From positions 21,481 to 57,697 of the forward strand of contig JBBIVF010000002.1 in the NCBI GenBank assembly GCA_037439845.1: 36,217 nucleotides of DNA. Direction: 5' to 3'. A program made the translations under genes and the position numbers. The notes beneath the pieces are model-generated. The model did no database searches and was not told where the DNA came from. It was given only the letters and a program-made list of their open reading frames with translations. Source of the stretch: Candidatus Woesearchaeota archaeon (lineage in GTDB: Archaea; Nanobdellota; Nanobdellia; Woesearchaeales; JBBIVF01). Each line of letters begins with the position of its first letter. Positions within the stretch are counted from its first letter, which is position 1. Below, piece after piece: positions 8,942 through 17,511 of the stretch.

Positions 8942-10174
8942 CTATGCTCTTTCAAACGCATAATTATTTGTACTTGATTTATTTTTAGCCTCATATTCTT
9001 TTAATCTTATTATAATGTCATTAAGACAATTCATAAAATTGATATATGCATCATATGGAGATTCATAAGGAGAAAAATACTTATGGACATCTCCGTCTGC
9101 AAACCATTTTGTGCACATGAAATAGAAATGATCAGAGGTCTGAAGTTTTCTCCAGTCATCAATAAGTTTCTGGTCTCCGGTCTTTTTTATCTGTTTTTCA
9201 AGCATATACAGCTGCTTAATCGCAGAATTCTGCATATGATTTCCTAACCAAGCAGTCAGGTCTCTTTCTATATCTGCCCATGATACAAAATTATGCATGT
9301 CTATTTCTCCAAAAGCCGGATATTTTTTTATCGCGCTGGATGGAGTCGTGAATCCATTGTCTTTATTTTTAAGATGTAATTCAGGGAATTTTCTCAAAAA
9401 GTGGAATATTCCTGTGTCTTCCCATTGATGTTCACCGAAAGTTTCATAATCCATAAAGAGATTCACAATATGACCATTGCCATTAACTGCATTGACCCAC
9501 TGGCTAAATTTCTCAGCAGTAAGAGGCCATTCTTTCCAAGATCTTTGTGAAAATCTGAATGCGATATCATCAGAAAGCCTGTAGTTTTTCAGCAGCAGCT
9601 TAATTTTTTTCGCATAAACATTATTATAAATATAATTCGGCGATCTCCATCCAAGAATATGATCTGCTCCTTCTGCTATTACTCCCTCATACCCCATGTC
9701 TTCTATTTTTTTTGTCATATGATTATTCATTATAAGCTCAGTATTTCTGAATACAGTTGGTCTCTGTCTAAATTCATTGAATATCTCTTTTTTGTGCATC
9801 TCTACTTGTTCTTTAAATTCCTCTTCGGAAAAAAGACACGATAATGAATGGTACATTGTCTCAGATAAGAACTCCACGCATCCTGTCTTTGCAAGGTCCT
9901 GGAAAGAATCAAGCACATTAGGAGAATATTTTCTCATCTGCTCTAAAGCAGTTCCTGTTATGGAATATGTCACATTAAATTTCCCGTCATGCTGATGGAT
10001 TAGTTCTAGTATTGTCTTATTTGCAGGAAGATAACATTTTTTTGCTACTTTTTCAAATATTTCCTTGTTTTTCTTCTCATCAAAATAGTTATTGTTGTAT
10101 CCTATCTCAAAGATGGTGTATTTTCTTATTCTGAAAGGTTGATGCACTTGAAAATAGAAATTAACATCTACCAT
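8942..10174 (-). CDS. Glycoside hydrolase family 57 (alpha-amylase / alpha-glucan-processing enzyme)
   Basis: N-terminal FYFQVHQPFR and the central MDYETFGEHQWE are GH57 hallmarks, as in methanogen GH57 amylases. Start set at ATG 10174 with GGAGG (10180-10184) 5 nt upstream; the track start is 10207. Confidence 0.85.
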   Translation of the reverse strand: MVDVNFYFQVHQPFRIRKYTIFEIGYNNNYFDEKKNKEIFEKVAKKCYLPANKTILELIHQHDGKFNVTYSITGTALEQMRKYSPNVLDSFQDLAKTGCVEFLSETMYHSLSCLFSEEEFKEQVEMHKKEIFNEFRQRPTVFRNTELIMNNHMTKKIEDMGYEGVIAEGADHILGWRSPNYIYNNVYAKKIKLLLKNYRLSDDIAFRFSQRSWKEWPLTAEKFSQWVNAVNGNGHIVNLFMDYETFGEHQWEDTGIFHFLRKFPELHLKNKDNGFTTPSSAIKKYPAFGEIDMHNFVSWADIERDLTAWLGNHMQNSAIKQLYMLEKQIKKTGDQKLIDDWRKLQTSDHFYFMCTKWFADGDVHKYFSPYESPYDAYINFMNCLNDIIIRLKEYEAKNKSSTNNYAFERA

Positions 10175-11456
10175 TTTTTCCTCCACTGACTTCTTTATAA
10201 ATCTCATAGCATTTCTTTGCAGGGTCTTCCCAACTCATTTTACTCACTTCTTTATACCCATTCTCTCTCAGTGTTTCTGCAAGCTCCTTATATCTAAGCA
10301 CAGCACATATTTTATTTGTCATCTCATCAATATCCCAAAAATCAACTTTCAAAGCATTTTTCAATACTTCTGATACGCCAGATTGCTTAGAGATTATGAC
10401 AGGAGTTCCATTTTGCATGGCTTCAATAGGCACAAGTCCAAAAGGTTCTGAAACAGATGGCATTACAAACACATCAGCATTTCTATAGAGTTTGTTTCTC
10501 TCTTCTTCATTGTTTATAAAACCAGTAAAATAAAATTTGTGGGAGATTCCAAGCTCTGCTGTCTTGTTAATCATCCATGGAAGCATGTCACCATCTCCCA
10601 CCACTACAAATTTAACATTGGAGTCCTTCCTAAGAATTTCCTTTGCTGCATAAAGAAAATAGTCAGGTCCTTTTTGCACTGTAACTCTGCCAAGAAACAG
10701 CACCATCTTGTCCTGCCCTTTGAAAGAGAAGGACTCCCTCTTAAAAAATAGTTGAGCATCACACGAATTATGGACAACCCTGATTTTCTTCGGATTAATT
10801 CCATACTGTTCTATAACTCTTTTTTTGATATAGTTAGAGACGCATATGATAATATCTGCTTTTTCCATGCCTTTTTTCTCAATATTATATTCGTATTCAT
10901 TTGGATTATTAGCAGTTCTGTCAAAAGTAGTGTTATGCACATGCACTATTAAAGGTTTCTTAGAAACTTTTTTGGCATTAATTGCTGCAGGAAATGTCAG
11001 CCAGTCATGAGCATGTATAACATCAAACTTATTATTTTCAGCAATAATTTTTGCTTGTTCAGAATATCTATAAACTTCATGGTAGAGATTTTTTTTATAG
11101 ATTTCCTTGTCTATGGAATTTTTATTCTTTTCAAAGAACTCATTATACATCTCTGAACTCACATAAGGCATTAATGTAGAATCAACTTTGATGAATTTCA
11201 GATTCTTTAGACAAAAATCTTCTGCAGGTATAATTTTAACATGTTTATCTACTTTTTCTCTTAATTCCTGAGGCATTTTAGGCACAACAAATAAGATCTC
11301 ATCAACATAATGACTAAGACCTTTTGTCAGACCATGGCAGGCAATGCCAAGACCTCCTGAAAAGAATGGAGGAAATTCCCATCCGAACATTAATACTCTC
11401 AATTTATCCCTCTTTTTTTGAAAATCAAAGTTCCTATTTGCTTTAATCCAAATCAA
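10161..11456 (-). CDS. Glycosyltransferase, GT4/GT5 glycogen(starch)-synthase-like (GT-B fold)
   Basis: FGWEFPPFFSGGLGIACHGL, HAHDWLT and SEPFGLVPIEAMQNGTPVI are GT-B retaining-transferase motifs. The true start is probably TTG 11399 (MRVLMFGWEFPP, AGAGGGA upstream) or ATG 11390 rather than TTG 11456. Confidence 0.85.
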   Translation of the reverse strand: MIWIKANRNFDFQKKRDKLRVLMFGWEFPPFFSGGLGIACHGLTKGLSHYVDEILFVVPKMPQELREKVDKHVKIIPAEDFCLKNLKFIKVDSTLMPYVSSEMYNEFFEKNKNSIDKEIYKKNLYHEVYRYSEQAKIIAENNKFDVIHAHDWLTFPAAINAKKVSKKPLIVHVHNTTFDRTANNPNEYEYNIEKKGMEKADIIICVSNYIKKRVIEQYGINPKKIRVVHNSCDAQLFFKRESFSFKGQDKMVLFLGRVTVQKGPDYFLYAAKEILRKDSNVKFVVVGDGDMLPWMINKTAELGISHKFYFTGFINNEEERNKLYRNADVFVMPSVSEPFGLVPIEAMQNGTPVIISKQSGVSEVLKNALKVDFWDIDEMTNKICAVLRYKELAETLRENGYKEVSKMSWEDPAKKCYEIYKEVSGGKNGRC

Positions 11457-11653
11457 TCCAATCTAAACTATCTAGGTTAAGAGTATGCAACTCTTTTCTT
11501 TATGCAGCAATTTTTAAATGGCGTTTCTTCTTTATATATTTAATATCGTACTTAATAGTAGTGTCAGAACAGGAGATTAATCTTTGTCATATTGTCATAT
11601 AGAAAATATTTATTAATAAACCAAGCATAACTATTTGAAAAAAGAGGTGGAGA

Positions 11654-13468
11654 ATGCAGGTTCAAAAACCAAATTGCGATATACTCTTTGAAATATCCTG
11701 GGAAGTCTGCAACAAAGTAGGAGGCATCTATACAGTTGTAATGAGCAAGGCTTCTTTGATGAAAGCTCTTTATAAGAATTATTTCTTGATTGGTCCTTAT
11801 ATGAAAGACCAGGCAAAACTATATTTTCAAGAACAGGAGATTCCCAAACAGTTCGAAGAAATCTTCAAATATTTTGATTCCATCGGAGTGAAGCTTTATT
11901 ATGGAGAGTGGGAAATAGAAGGCACTCCAAAAGTGATACTGATTGATCATGCCAATTATATGTACAAATCAAGCGAGATCAAAACAAAGCTCTGGGACCT
12001 CTACAAAATAGATTCTCTCTACTCAAATGATGAGTTCAACAATCCCTGCGTCTGGTCCTGGCTTGCAGGCATGCTAATAGAGCAATATTATATCAAAAAT
12101 CCAAACAAAAAAATAGTTGTGCATTCACATGAATGGTTATCTGGATTCGCGAATCTTTATTTAAAATCATTGAATATAAAAGTAGGGACAGTTTTTCTTA
12201 CTCATGCTACTATTCTCGGAAGGACCTTAGCAGGTGCAGGTATGGATCTTTACAACATCCTTGATTCGCTGAACCCTGAAGAGATGGCCAGGAAATTCTC
12301 TGTTCAAGACAAACACACAACAGAAGTTGCTTGCGCAAAGAACAGCGATATTTTTGCAACAGTATCTGAAATTACGGCTCTTGAAGCAGAAAAAATTATT
12401 GGCAAAAAGCCAGACATTTTACTGTTGAACGGATTGGATATGTCTAAGTTTCCAAGTTTTGAAGAGCTGACAATCAAGCATAGAAAAGCCAAAGAGAATA
12501 TTTTCGAGTTCATCAAGTATTATTTTTTCCCTTATTATTTCTTTGACCTCAACAACACTTTGATATTTTTTATAGTCGGAAGATATGAGTACAAGAACAA
12601 AGGAATAGACATATTTACCAAGGCGCTTGTCAAGCTAAACAATAGATTAAAACAAGAAAAATCTAAAAAAACAATAGTGACTTTTTTCTGGATTCCTAGA
12701 GATGTAACCAGCGCAAAGATGGAGTTGTCAGAGTCAAAAATAAGATTCGAGGATATTGAAGAGTTCATTGAGAAGAATCTAGAGGACATCAAGAGCAATA
12801 TCTTGAATAATATAATATCTTGCGACTCAAAGAATAACTTTGAAAATGAAATATCTAAAAACCTCTTCAATGAAGATTTCGTCAAGAAAGCAAAAATACT
12901 TAATATAAATTTTAGGAGAGAAGGCACTCCCTTGCTCTCAACTCATAATATGATAGATGAGCATAATGACATAATTTTGAACACATTCATTGAGAATGGT
13001 CTTGATAACAAAGAAGATGATAATGTCAAAGTTATTTTCTATCCTGTATATCTTTCTGGTATTGACGGAATGCTTGACATGCCCTATTATGACGCCATGC
13101 TTGGCTGTCATCTTGGTCTTTTCCCAAGCTACTATGAGCCATGGGGCTATACTCCTATGGAATGCGCGGCACTAGGCATACCCTCTTTAACTACTGATTT
13201 TGGCGGATTCGGAAGATTTGTGCTAAGCAGAGGCAAAGGAGAAAAAGGTATCTACGTCTTGAAAAGAACCAACAGGACTGAAGAAGAAGTTGTAGAAGAA
13301 TTCTCTAATCTGCTGTATAATTTCGCAAAGATGGAACGTCAAGTAAGATTCAGCGAGAAATTAATGGCAAAAGAAATAGCCTCTTATGCAGACTGGAATG
13401 ATCTTGTATATAATTATGTTAATGCTCACAATCTTGCATTGGAAAGAATAGAGCGTGTAGGAAGATGA
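11654..13468 (+). CDS. Glycogen synthase, eukaryote-type (glycosyltransferase family 3)
   Basis: Collinear with animal/fungal glycogen synthase: LFEISWEVCNKVGGIYTV, HSHEWLSG, THATILGRTL, TVSEITALEAE, GRYEYKNKGID, THNM, CHLGLFPSYYEPWGYTPMECAALGIPS. GGTGGAG ribosome-binding site before the ATG. Confidence 0.9.
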   Translation: MQVQKPNCDILFEISWEVCNKVGGIYTVVMSKASLMKALYKNYFLIGPYMKDQAKLYFQEQEIPKQFEEIFKYFDSIGVKLYYGEWEIEGTPKVILIDHANYMYKSSEIKTKLWDLYKIDSLYSNDEFNNPCVWSWLAGMLIEQYYIKNPNKKIVVHSHEWLSGFANLYLKSLNIKVGTVFLTHATILGRTLAGAGMDLYNILDSLNPEEMARKFSVQDKHTTEVACAKNSDIFATVSEITALEAEKIIGKKPDILLLNGLDMSKFPSFEELTIKHRKAKENIFEFIKYYFFPYYFFDLNNTLIFFIVGRYEYKNKGIDIFTKALVKLNNRLKQEKSKKTIVTFFWIPRDVTSAKMELSESKIRFEDIEEFIEKNLEDIKSNILNNIISCDSKNNFENEISKNLFNEDFVKKAKILNINFRREGTPLLSTHNMIDEHNDIILNTFIENGLDNKEDDNVKVIFYPVYLSGIDGMLDMPYYDAMLGCHLGLFPSYYEPWGYTPMECAALGIPSLTTDFGGFGRFVLSRGKGEKGIYVLKRTNRTEEEVVEEFSNLLYNFAKMERQVRFSEKLMAKEIASYADWNDLVYNYVNAHNLALERIERVGR

Positions 13469-14403
13469 CTTTAGAGTTGCGAAAAGATTATATACTAAAC
13501 AGATGGGTAATAATAGCCGAGAAAAGAGCAGAGCGGCCCAGGGAATTTGTGGAATCAGAGCCAGATTATAAGCCAGGAGAATGTGCATTTTGCCCAGGAA
13601 ATGAGCATATGTGTCCTGAAGAAAAAGGAAGAAAAGGCGAGCCTTGGCACATAAGATGGTTTGAGAACAAGTTTAAGGCAGTAGACTACAAAGGAAGTCC
13701 TGAACTAAAGACAGACAACACTTTCTTCACCTATTCAGACGCATTTGGTGTGCATGAGATAATAGTTGAGACAAACAACCATAATGAAAACTTATGGGAT
13801 TTTGATAAGCAAAGATTAAAAGAACTGCTTCAGGTATATAATGAAAGAATAGAAGAGATTGACGCAATGCCTAACATAGAATATGTAAGTGTTTTCAAAA
13901 ACCATGGCAAAAAAGCGGGTGCTTCAATTGTTCATTCACATTCTCAGGTTATTGCATTGAATGTTGTTCCCTCTTATGTGCGAGATTGTTTTGAAGCAGC
14001 TACAATGTATGGTGCATGCCCTTATTGCAGAATATGGCAAATAGAGAAAGATAGCTTAAGAAGATGTTTTGAAAATAGCTCATTCATAGCATTCACGCCA
14101 TATGCTTCAAGGTTTAATTATGAGATATGGATATTGCCAAAAAAACATTACATAAGACTTAGGCAAATTAATGATAAGGAATATGATGATCTTGCAGAAA
14201 TTCTTCAGAAAATATTGCGAAAACTAAAATCAATAAATGCTCCTTTCAATCTTGAATTTATTCATTCTCCCTATGGCAGAGATCTTCATTTCAGGTTCGA
14301 GATAACTCCCAGGATAAGCACTTGGGCAGGTTTCGAGTTTGGTTCAGGAGTGACTATAAATTCAGTTTCTCCTGAGAAAGCAGCAGAATTTTACAGGGAA
14401 TGA
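13465..14403 (+). CDS. galT: Galactose-1-phosphate uridylyltransferase-like HIT-superfamily nucleotidyl transferase
   Basis: Zn-site CAFCPGNE, active-site HSHSQV (H-x-H-x-Q), two half-barrel repeats, 312 aa. ATGA overlap with the GT3 synthase. Substrate (UDP-hexose versus ADP-glucose) cannot be decided from sequence. Confidence 0.8.
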   Translation: MTLELRKDYILNRWVIIAEKRAERPREFVESEPDYKPGECAFCPGNEHMCPEEKGRKGEPWHIRWFENKFKAVDYKGSPELKTDNTFFTYSDAFGVHEIIVETNNHNENLWDFDKQRLKELLQVYNERIEEIDAMPNIEYVSVFKNHGKKAGASIVHSHSQVIALNVVPSYVRDCFEAATMYGACPYCRIWQIEKDSLRRCFENSSFIAFTPYASRFNYEIWILPKKHYIRLRQINDKEYDDLAEILQKILRKLKSINAPFNLEFIHSPYGRDLHFRFEITPRISTWAGFEFGSGVTINSVSPEKAAEFYRE

Positions 14404-14416
14404 TTTAAAAAATTAT

Positions 14417-15031
14417 TTAAGGATTATTTAGTTCTTTTAAGATATTTTGTCTGGCCTTTTTTTCATACTTATTGCTAATATCTTTTGTTTGATATATTCT
14501 TTTTCTATCAATCATACTTCTTAGAAATTTCTTTCTCTTAAACAATATTTTTTTTCCTGCTATGCTCAATTCCCATCTCACATCTTTCATATCCTGAAAA
14601 TATTGTTTTATGGGCTTAGCTAAAGATATAAGATCTATATCAGCAATCAATCTTGAGTCAATGTCATTCACATAATTCTTATGTGTTGTGGCCATTATCA
14701 ATCTCTTTATTTTAGATATTATTTTTTTCTTAACTTTGGCTTTTTTTAGTATCTTTTCAGCTAGTTCAGCACTTTTCTTCTCATTATTATTTTTTGTTGG
14801 ATCCCAAATTATGTCATGGAAAAATATAGCCATCTCAATAGCAGTAGGGTCATCTGCATATTTCCTGTATTGAGAGAATTTCTTAAGGCAATATTCTATG
14901 TGTGAAAGAGAATGATATCTTCTATGTTTCTGATCATAGCTCTTTTTAATCAAATAATAAGGTTTTTTGGCATCTATTTTTGCATTTATTTTTTTCCAAA
15001 GAATATAAAATCTCTTTTTTAGGTATTCCAA
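14417..15031 (-). CDS. HD-superfamily metal-dependent phosphohydrolase-like protein
   Basis: HRRYHSLSHIEYCL ... AIFFHDIIWDP gives the H...HD arrangement of stand-alone HD proteins (COG4339-like). Confidence 0.65.
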   Translation of the reverse strand: MEYLKKRFYILWKKINAKIDAKKPYYLIKKSYDQKHRRYHSLSHIEYCLKKFSQYRKYADDPTAIEMAIFFHDIIWDPTKNNNEKKSAELAEKILKKAKVKKKIISKIKRLIMATTHKNYVNDIDSRLIADIDLISLAKPIKQYFQDMKDVRWELSIAGKKILFKRKKFLRSMIDRKRIYQTKDISNKYEKKARQNILKELNNP

Positions 15032-15041
15032 TTTAAGTCAC

Positions 15042-15347
15042 TTATGCAGGAAGATAGCAAGTAAAAAGCTCTTTGTACTTTTGTCCTAGTTTTTCCCATT
15101 TGGTCTTTAGATCATCAATATTTTTTATAGTTGGGTATAATTCAACGCCTGCAGCACTCCTATTTATTCCATAAACAATATCATCTTCAGATTTAAGGTA
15201 AAATCTACTATTGACTGGCACAATTTCATTTTTTCCTGTAAAATATTTTATCAATAGGTCCTTGAGATTCTTAGGTGAAAACTCTACTTTTTTGTTCAAA
15301 ATTCTCTCAAGGTCCTCTTTCAGTCCTTTGTATGTTATCTTGTTCAT
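15042..15347 (-). CDS. Small hypothetical protein, member A of a three-gene tandem paralog family
   Basis: 101 aa. Shares N-terminal ITY..L...LE.IL and C-terminal YP....W....Y...LP with the next two genes. Confidence 0.6.
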   Translation of the reverse strand: MNKITYKGLKEDLERILNKKVEFSPKNLKDLLIKYFTGKNEIVPVNSRFYLKSEDDIVYGINRSAAGVELYPTIKNIDDLKTKWEKLGQKYKELFTCYLPA

Positions 15348-15487
15348 TTTGCTTAGGTTTTTTCTTTTCTTTTTTAAATTTTTTATTGAAAAATTACTAC
15401 TAATTAATGATTAAAACAGAACCCCTCTTCTTGGTTGTCTCTTAATATAAATAAACTTCTCTAGTATATAAAAATTATGAAAAATAA

Positions 15488-15811
15488 TTACCAGATAACT
15501 TCAAAAGGTAATTGATATTTATCATAAAGTGCTTTCCATTTCTCTTTTACTTCTTCTTTCCAAGCCTCAAGCTCATTTTTATTAAAGTTTTTTGGATATT
15601 CTATAAATTTTAATATCATTAAATGCGCTCTTTGAACATAAAAAGCACCATTCATATAATAAACCTTATCTCCAATCTCGAATTTATTTGGATTCCAGCA
15701 TTTCTTTGTAACAAGACCAAAAAATGTCGTATGCGGAAATTCTGTTTGTAAAATTTCCTCAAGCTCTCTTGTAATATTCCTATAAGTTATTTCATGAACT
15801 ACTTCCACCAT
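15488..15811 (-). CDS. Small hypothetical protein, member B of the tandem paralog family
   Basis: 107 aa. EITYRNITRELEEILQ ... EYPKNFNKNELEAWKEEVKEKWKALYDKYQLPFEVIW. Confidence 0.6.
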   Translation of the reverse strand: MVEVVHEITYRNITRELEEILQTEFPHTTFFGLVTKKCWNPNKFEIGDKVYYMNGAFYVQRAHLMILKFIEYPKNFNKNELEAWKEEVKEKWKALYDKYQLPFEVIW

Positions 15812-15855
15812 ATCAAAAAAGAGAATTAAGCATAATTTATAAAAATTATGTTTTA

Positions 15856-16209
15856 TTAATGGAATTCAACTCTGAATGGTATGTTAAAATCTTTTATATC
15901 GTCTTTTGTCCATTCTTCACTCAATTTCTTCTTATAATTTGCAATATTTGGCTCATAATAGACGTGCAATCTAATGACATTATGGCTGTCACGTGTAATC
16001 TTAAATGCCTTTTTCTTGCCATAAGCGTCTAACCAAAACTCGATTCCTGTTTCCATAGTAGAATCATCATTCTCATATTTTTTTCTTAAAAAATTCAAAA
16101 ATTTTTTTGACTCCTTAAGATTAGGTTCTGTTCCTGTAACTTTAGTAAGAACATCTTTCAATCTTTTTTTTACTGCGACATATGACGCTGCATTTGAATA
16201 TTTTACCAT
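15856..16209 (-). CDS. Small hypothetical protein, member C of the tandem paralog family
   Basis: 117 aa. ASYVAVKKRLKDVLTK ... YYEPNIANYKKKLSEEWTKDDIKDFNIPFRVEFH. Confidence 0.6.
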   Translation of the reverse strand: MVKYSNAASYVAVKKRLKDVLTKVTGTEPNLKESKKFLNFLRKKYENDDSTMETGIEFWLDAYGKKKAFKITRDSHNVIRLHVYYEPNIANYKKKLSEEWTKDDIKDFNIPFRVEFH

Positions 16210-16254
16210 AACATTTCTTTTTTATAATAACTATTTAAATTTTTCTGATAAAAT

Positions 16255-16434
16255 TTATTTTTTCTTTTCCATATACCCGCATTTGCCGCAGGTGTTTCTG
16301 TCTTTATGGACTGCCATATACACTCCTGCACCGCATTTAGGGCAAGTTGGATTTTTTCTTTCTATTTTTCCGCCTGTAATATTATAAACTTGAGATGCCT
16401 TATATGAACCTTTCTTTTTTTCTTTTCCTGCCAT
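16255..16434 (-). CDS. rps27ae: 30S ribosomal protein S27ae (eS31), zinc-ribbon
   Basis: Not in the track (59 aa). My translation is [59 protein letters not shown]. It has the CPKCG...CGKCG ribbon and lies directly downstream of S24e, as in the conserved archaeal operon. Confidence 0.88.
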   Translation of the reverse strand: MAGKEKKKGSYKASQVYNITGGKIERKNPTCPKCGAGVYMAVHKDRNTCGKCGYMEKKK

Positions 16435-16451
16435 TTCAATTCACCTTATGC

Positions 16452-16745
16452 TCATTCTTTCTTTTCAGCTTTTGGCTTATTCTTGGCTATTATTTTCTCT
16501 CCTTCTGCTTTTTTAAGATCTTCCTCGTTCTTGTAGGAATGTATAATGACTTCTGCACTTCTTTCACAGAACTTAGTGTTGATTTTTTGAATAATAATAT
16601 TGTCTGCACTAGTTCCGAGTTTTGTAGCAATCGCATTTTTCAAATCCAACCTTGATGGTGTTGATTTGTCAAATTTGACAATAGCATGAATTTTTGTTCT
16701 TTTCAATAAAGGAAACTCTTGTTTTTTTGTTATCTCTATGTTCAT
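16452..16745 (-). CDS. rps24e: 30S ribosomal protein S24e (eS24)
   Basis: NIEITKKQEFPLLKRTKIHAIVKFDKSTPSRLDLKNAIATKLG is the typical S24e N-terminus. Operon context supports the call. Confidence 0.9.
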   Translation of the reverse strand: MNIEITKKQEFPLLKRTKIHAIVKFDKSTPSRLDLKNAIATKLGTSADNIIIQKINTKFCERSAEVIIHSYKNEEDLKKAEGEKIIAKNKPKAEKKE

Positions 16746-16755
16746 TCTTTCTACC

Positions 16756-16938
16756 TCATATCTTGATTGCGTATTCTCCCTTAACCTTAATATTTATCTT
16801 ATTAGCAATTAAAGAATTATTCGCATCTACAATATACAATCTTCCTTTCCAATTTGTAGAGAATGAATCGCCTTTGCATAATGGGCACTCTTCTCCCTCG
16901 ACAAAAATCTTGCATCTCCTGCAGACTTTTTTCTTCAT
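16756..16938 (-). CDS. spt4: Transcription elongation factor Spt4 / RNA polymerase subunit E''
   Basis: Zinc ribbon CRRC...CPLC followed by W.G...I. 60 aa. ATGA overlap with rpo7. Confidence 0.88.
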   Translation of the reverse strand: MKKKVCRRCKIFVEGEECPLCKGDSFSTNWKGRLYIVDANNSLIANKINIKVKGEYAIKI

Positions 16939-17504
16939 TTTTTACCCTCTTTCATTTTTTTGGTCTTGCCTTGTTTCTCCTCTTCTATCCATTCAAGTTT
17001 TCCTAAAAAATTCTGCCTCATTGTGAGCCCTATTTTGGGATTCTGCACATCTTTGAATGAAACTGCTATTATTCTTGCTCTGCAAAGGTCCCCAACCTTC
17101 AAATTTCTTCCAGTATCTTTTCCCTGCAGCACCTTATCTTTTGAATATGAAACAAAATCATCCATGCTCTGTGAGACATGTATCATACCTTCACATGCGC
17201 CCAGATTCATAAATGCCCCGAAATCTGCTATATCTTTTATTTTTCCTTCTACAACTTCCTGCAATTCAGGTTTGAATGATAACAACTCAAATCTTGTCTT
17301 ATAATAAGCAGCGCCATCTCCTGGAATAACAACACCTTCTCCTATTTCTTTTATTGAGGCCACATCTATGACAAATCCAAGATCTTTTGAAATGTAACCA
17401 TCATATTTCTCTTTAATCTGTGACAAGATAGCTTTTTCATTGTCTTCTCCAAATTTTTCCGCTCCTACTCTAATATGATCTCTGACTTCAACCTTATAAA
17501 ACAT
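16935..17504 (-). CDS. rpo7: DNA-directed RNA polymerase subunit E' (Rpo7) with S1 domain
   Basis: MFYKVEVRDHIRVGAEKFGED N-terminal domain plus a C-terminal S1 fold (VVEGKIKDIADFGAFMNLG...GMIHVSQ). Confidence 0.92.
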   Translation of the reverse strand: MFYKVEVRDHIRVGAEKFGEDNEKAILSQIKEKYDGYISKDLGFVIDVASIKEIGEGVVIPGDGAAYYKTRFELLSFKPELQEVVEGKIKDIADFGAFMNLGACEGMIHVSQSMDDFVSYSKDKVLQGKDTGRNLKVGDLCRARIIAVSFKDVQNPKIGLTMRQNFLGKLEWIEEEKQGKTKKMKEGKK

Positions 17505-17511
17505 TTAATTT

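Noticed and set aside
10539-10952. Small ORFs on both strands inside the GT4/5-like gene (10539-10751 +, 10604-10804 -, 10752-10952 +)
   Set aside because: They are alternative-frame or antisense shadows of a gene with clear GT-B motifs. No independent support exists.
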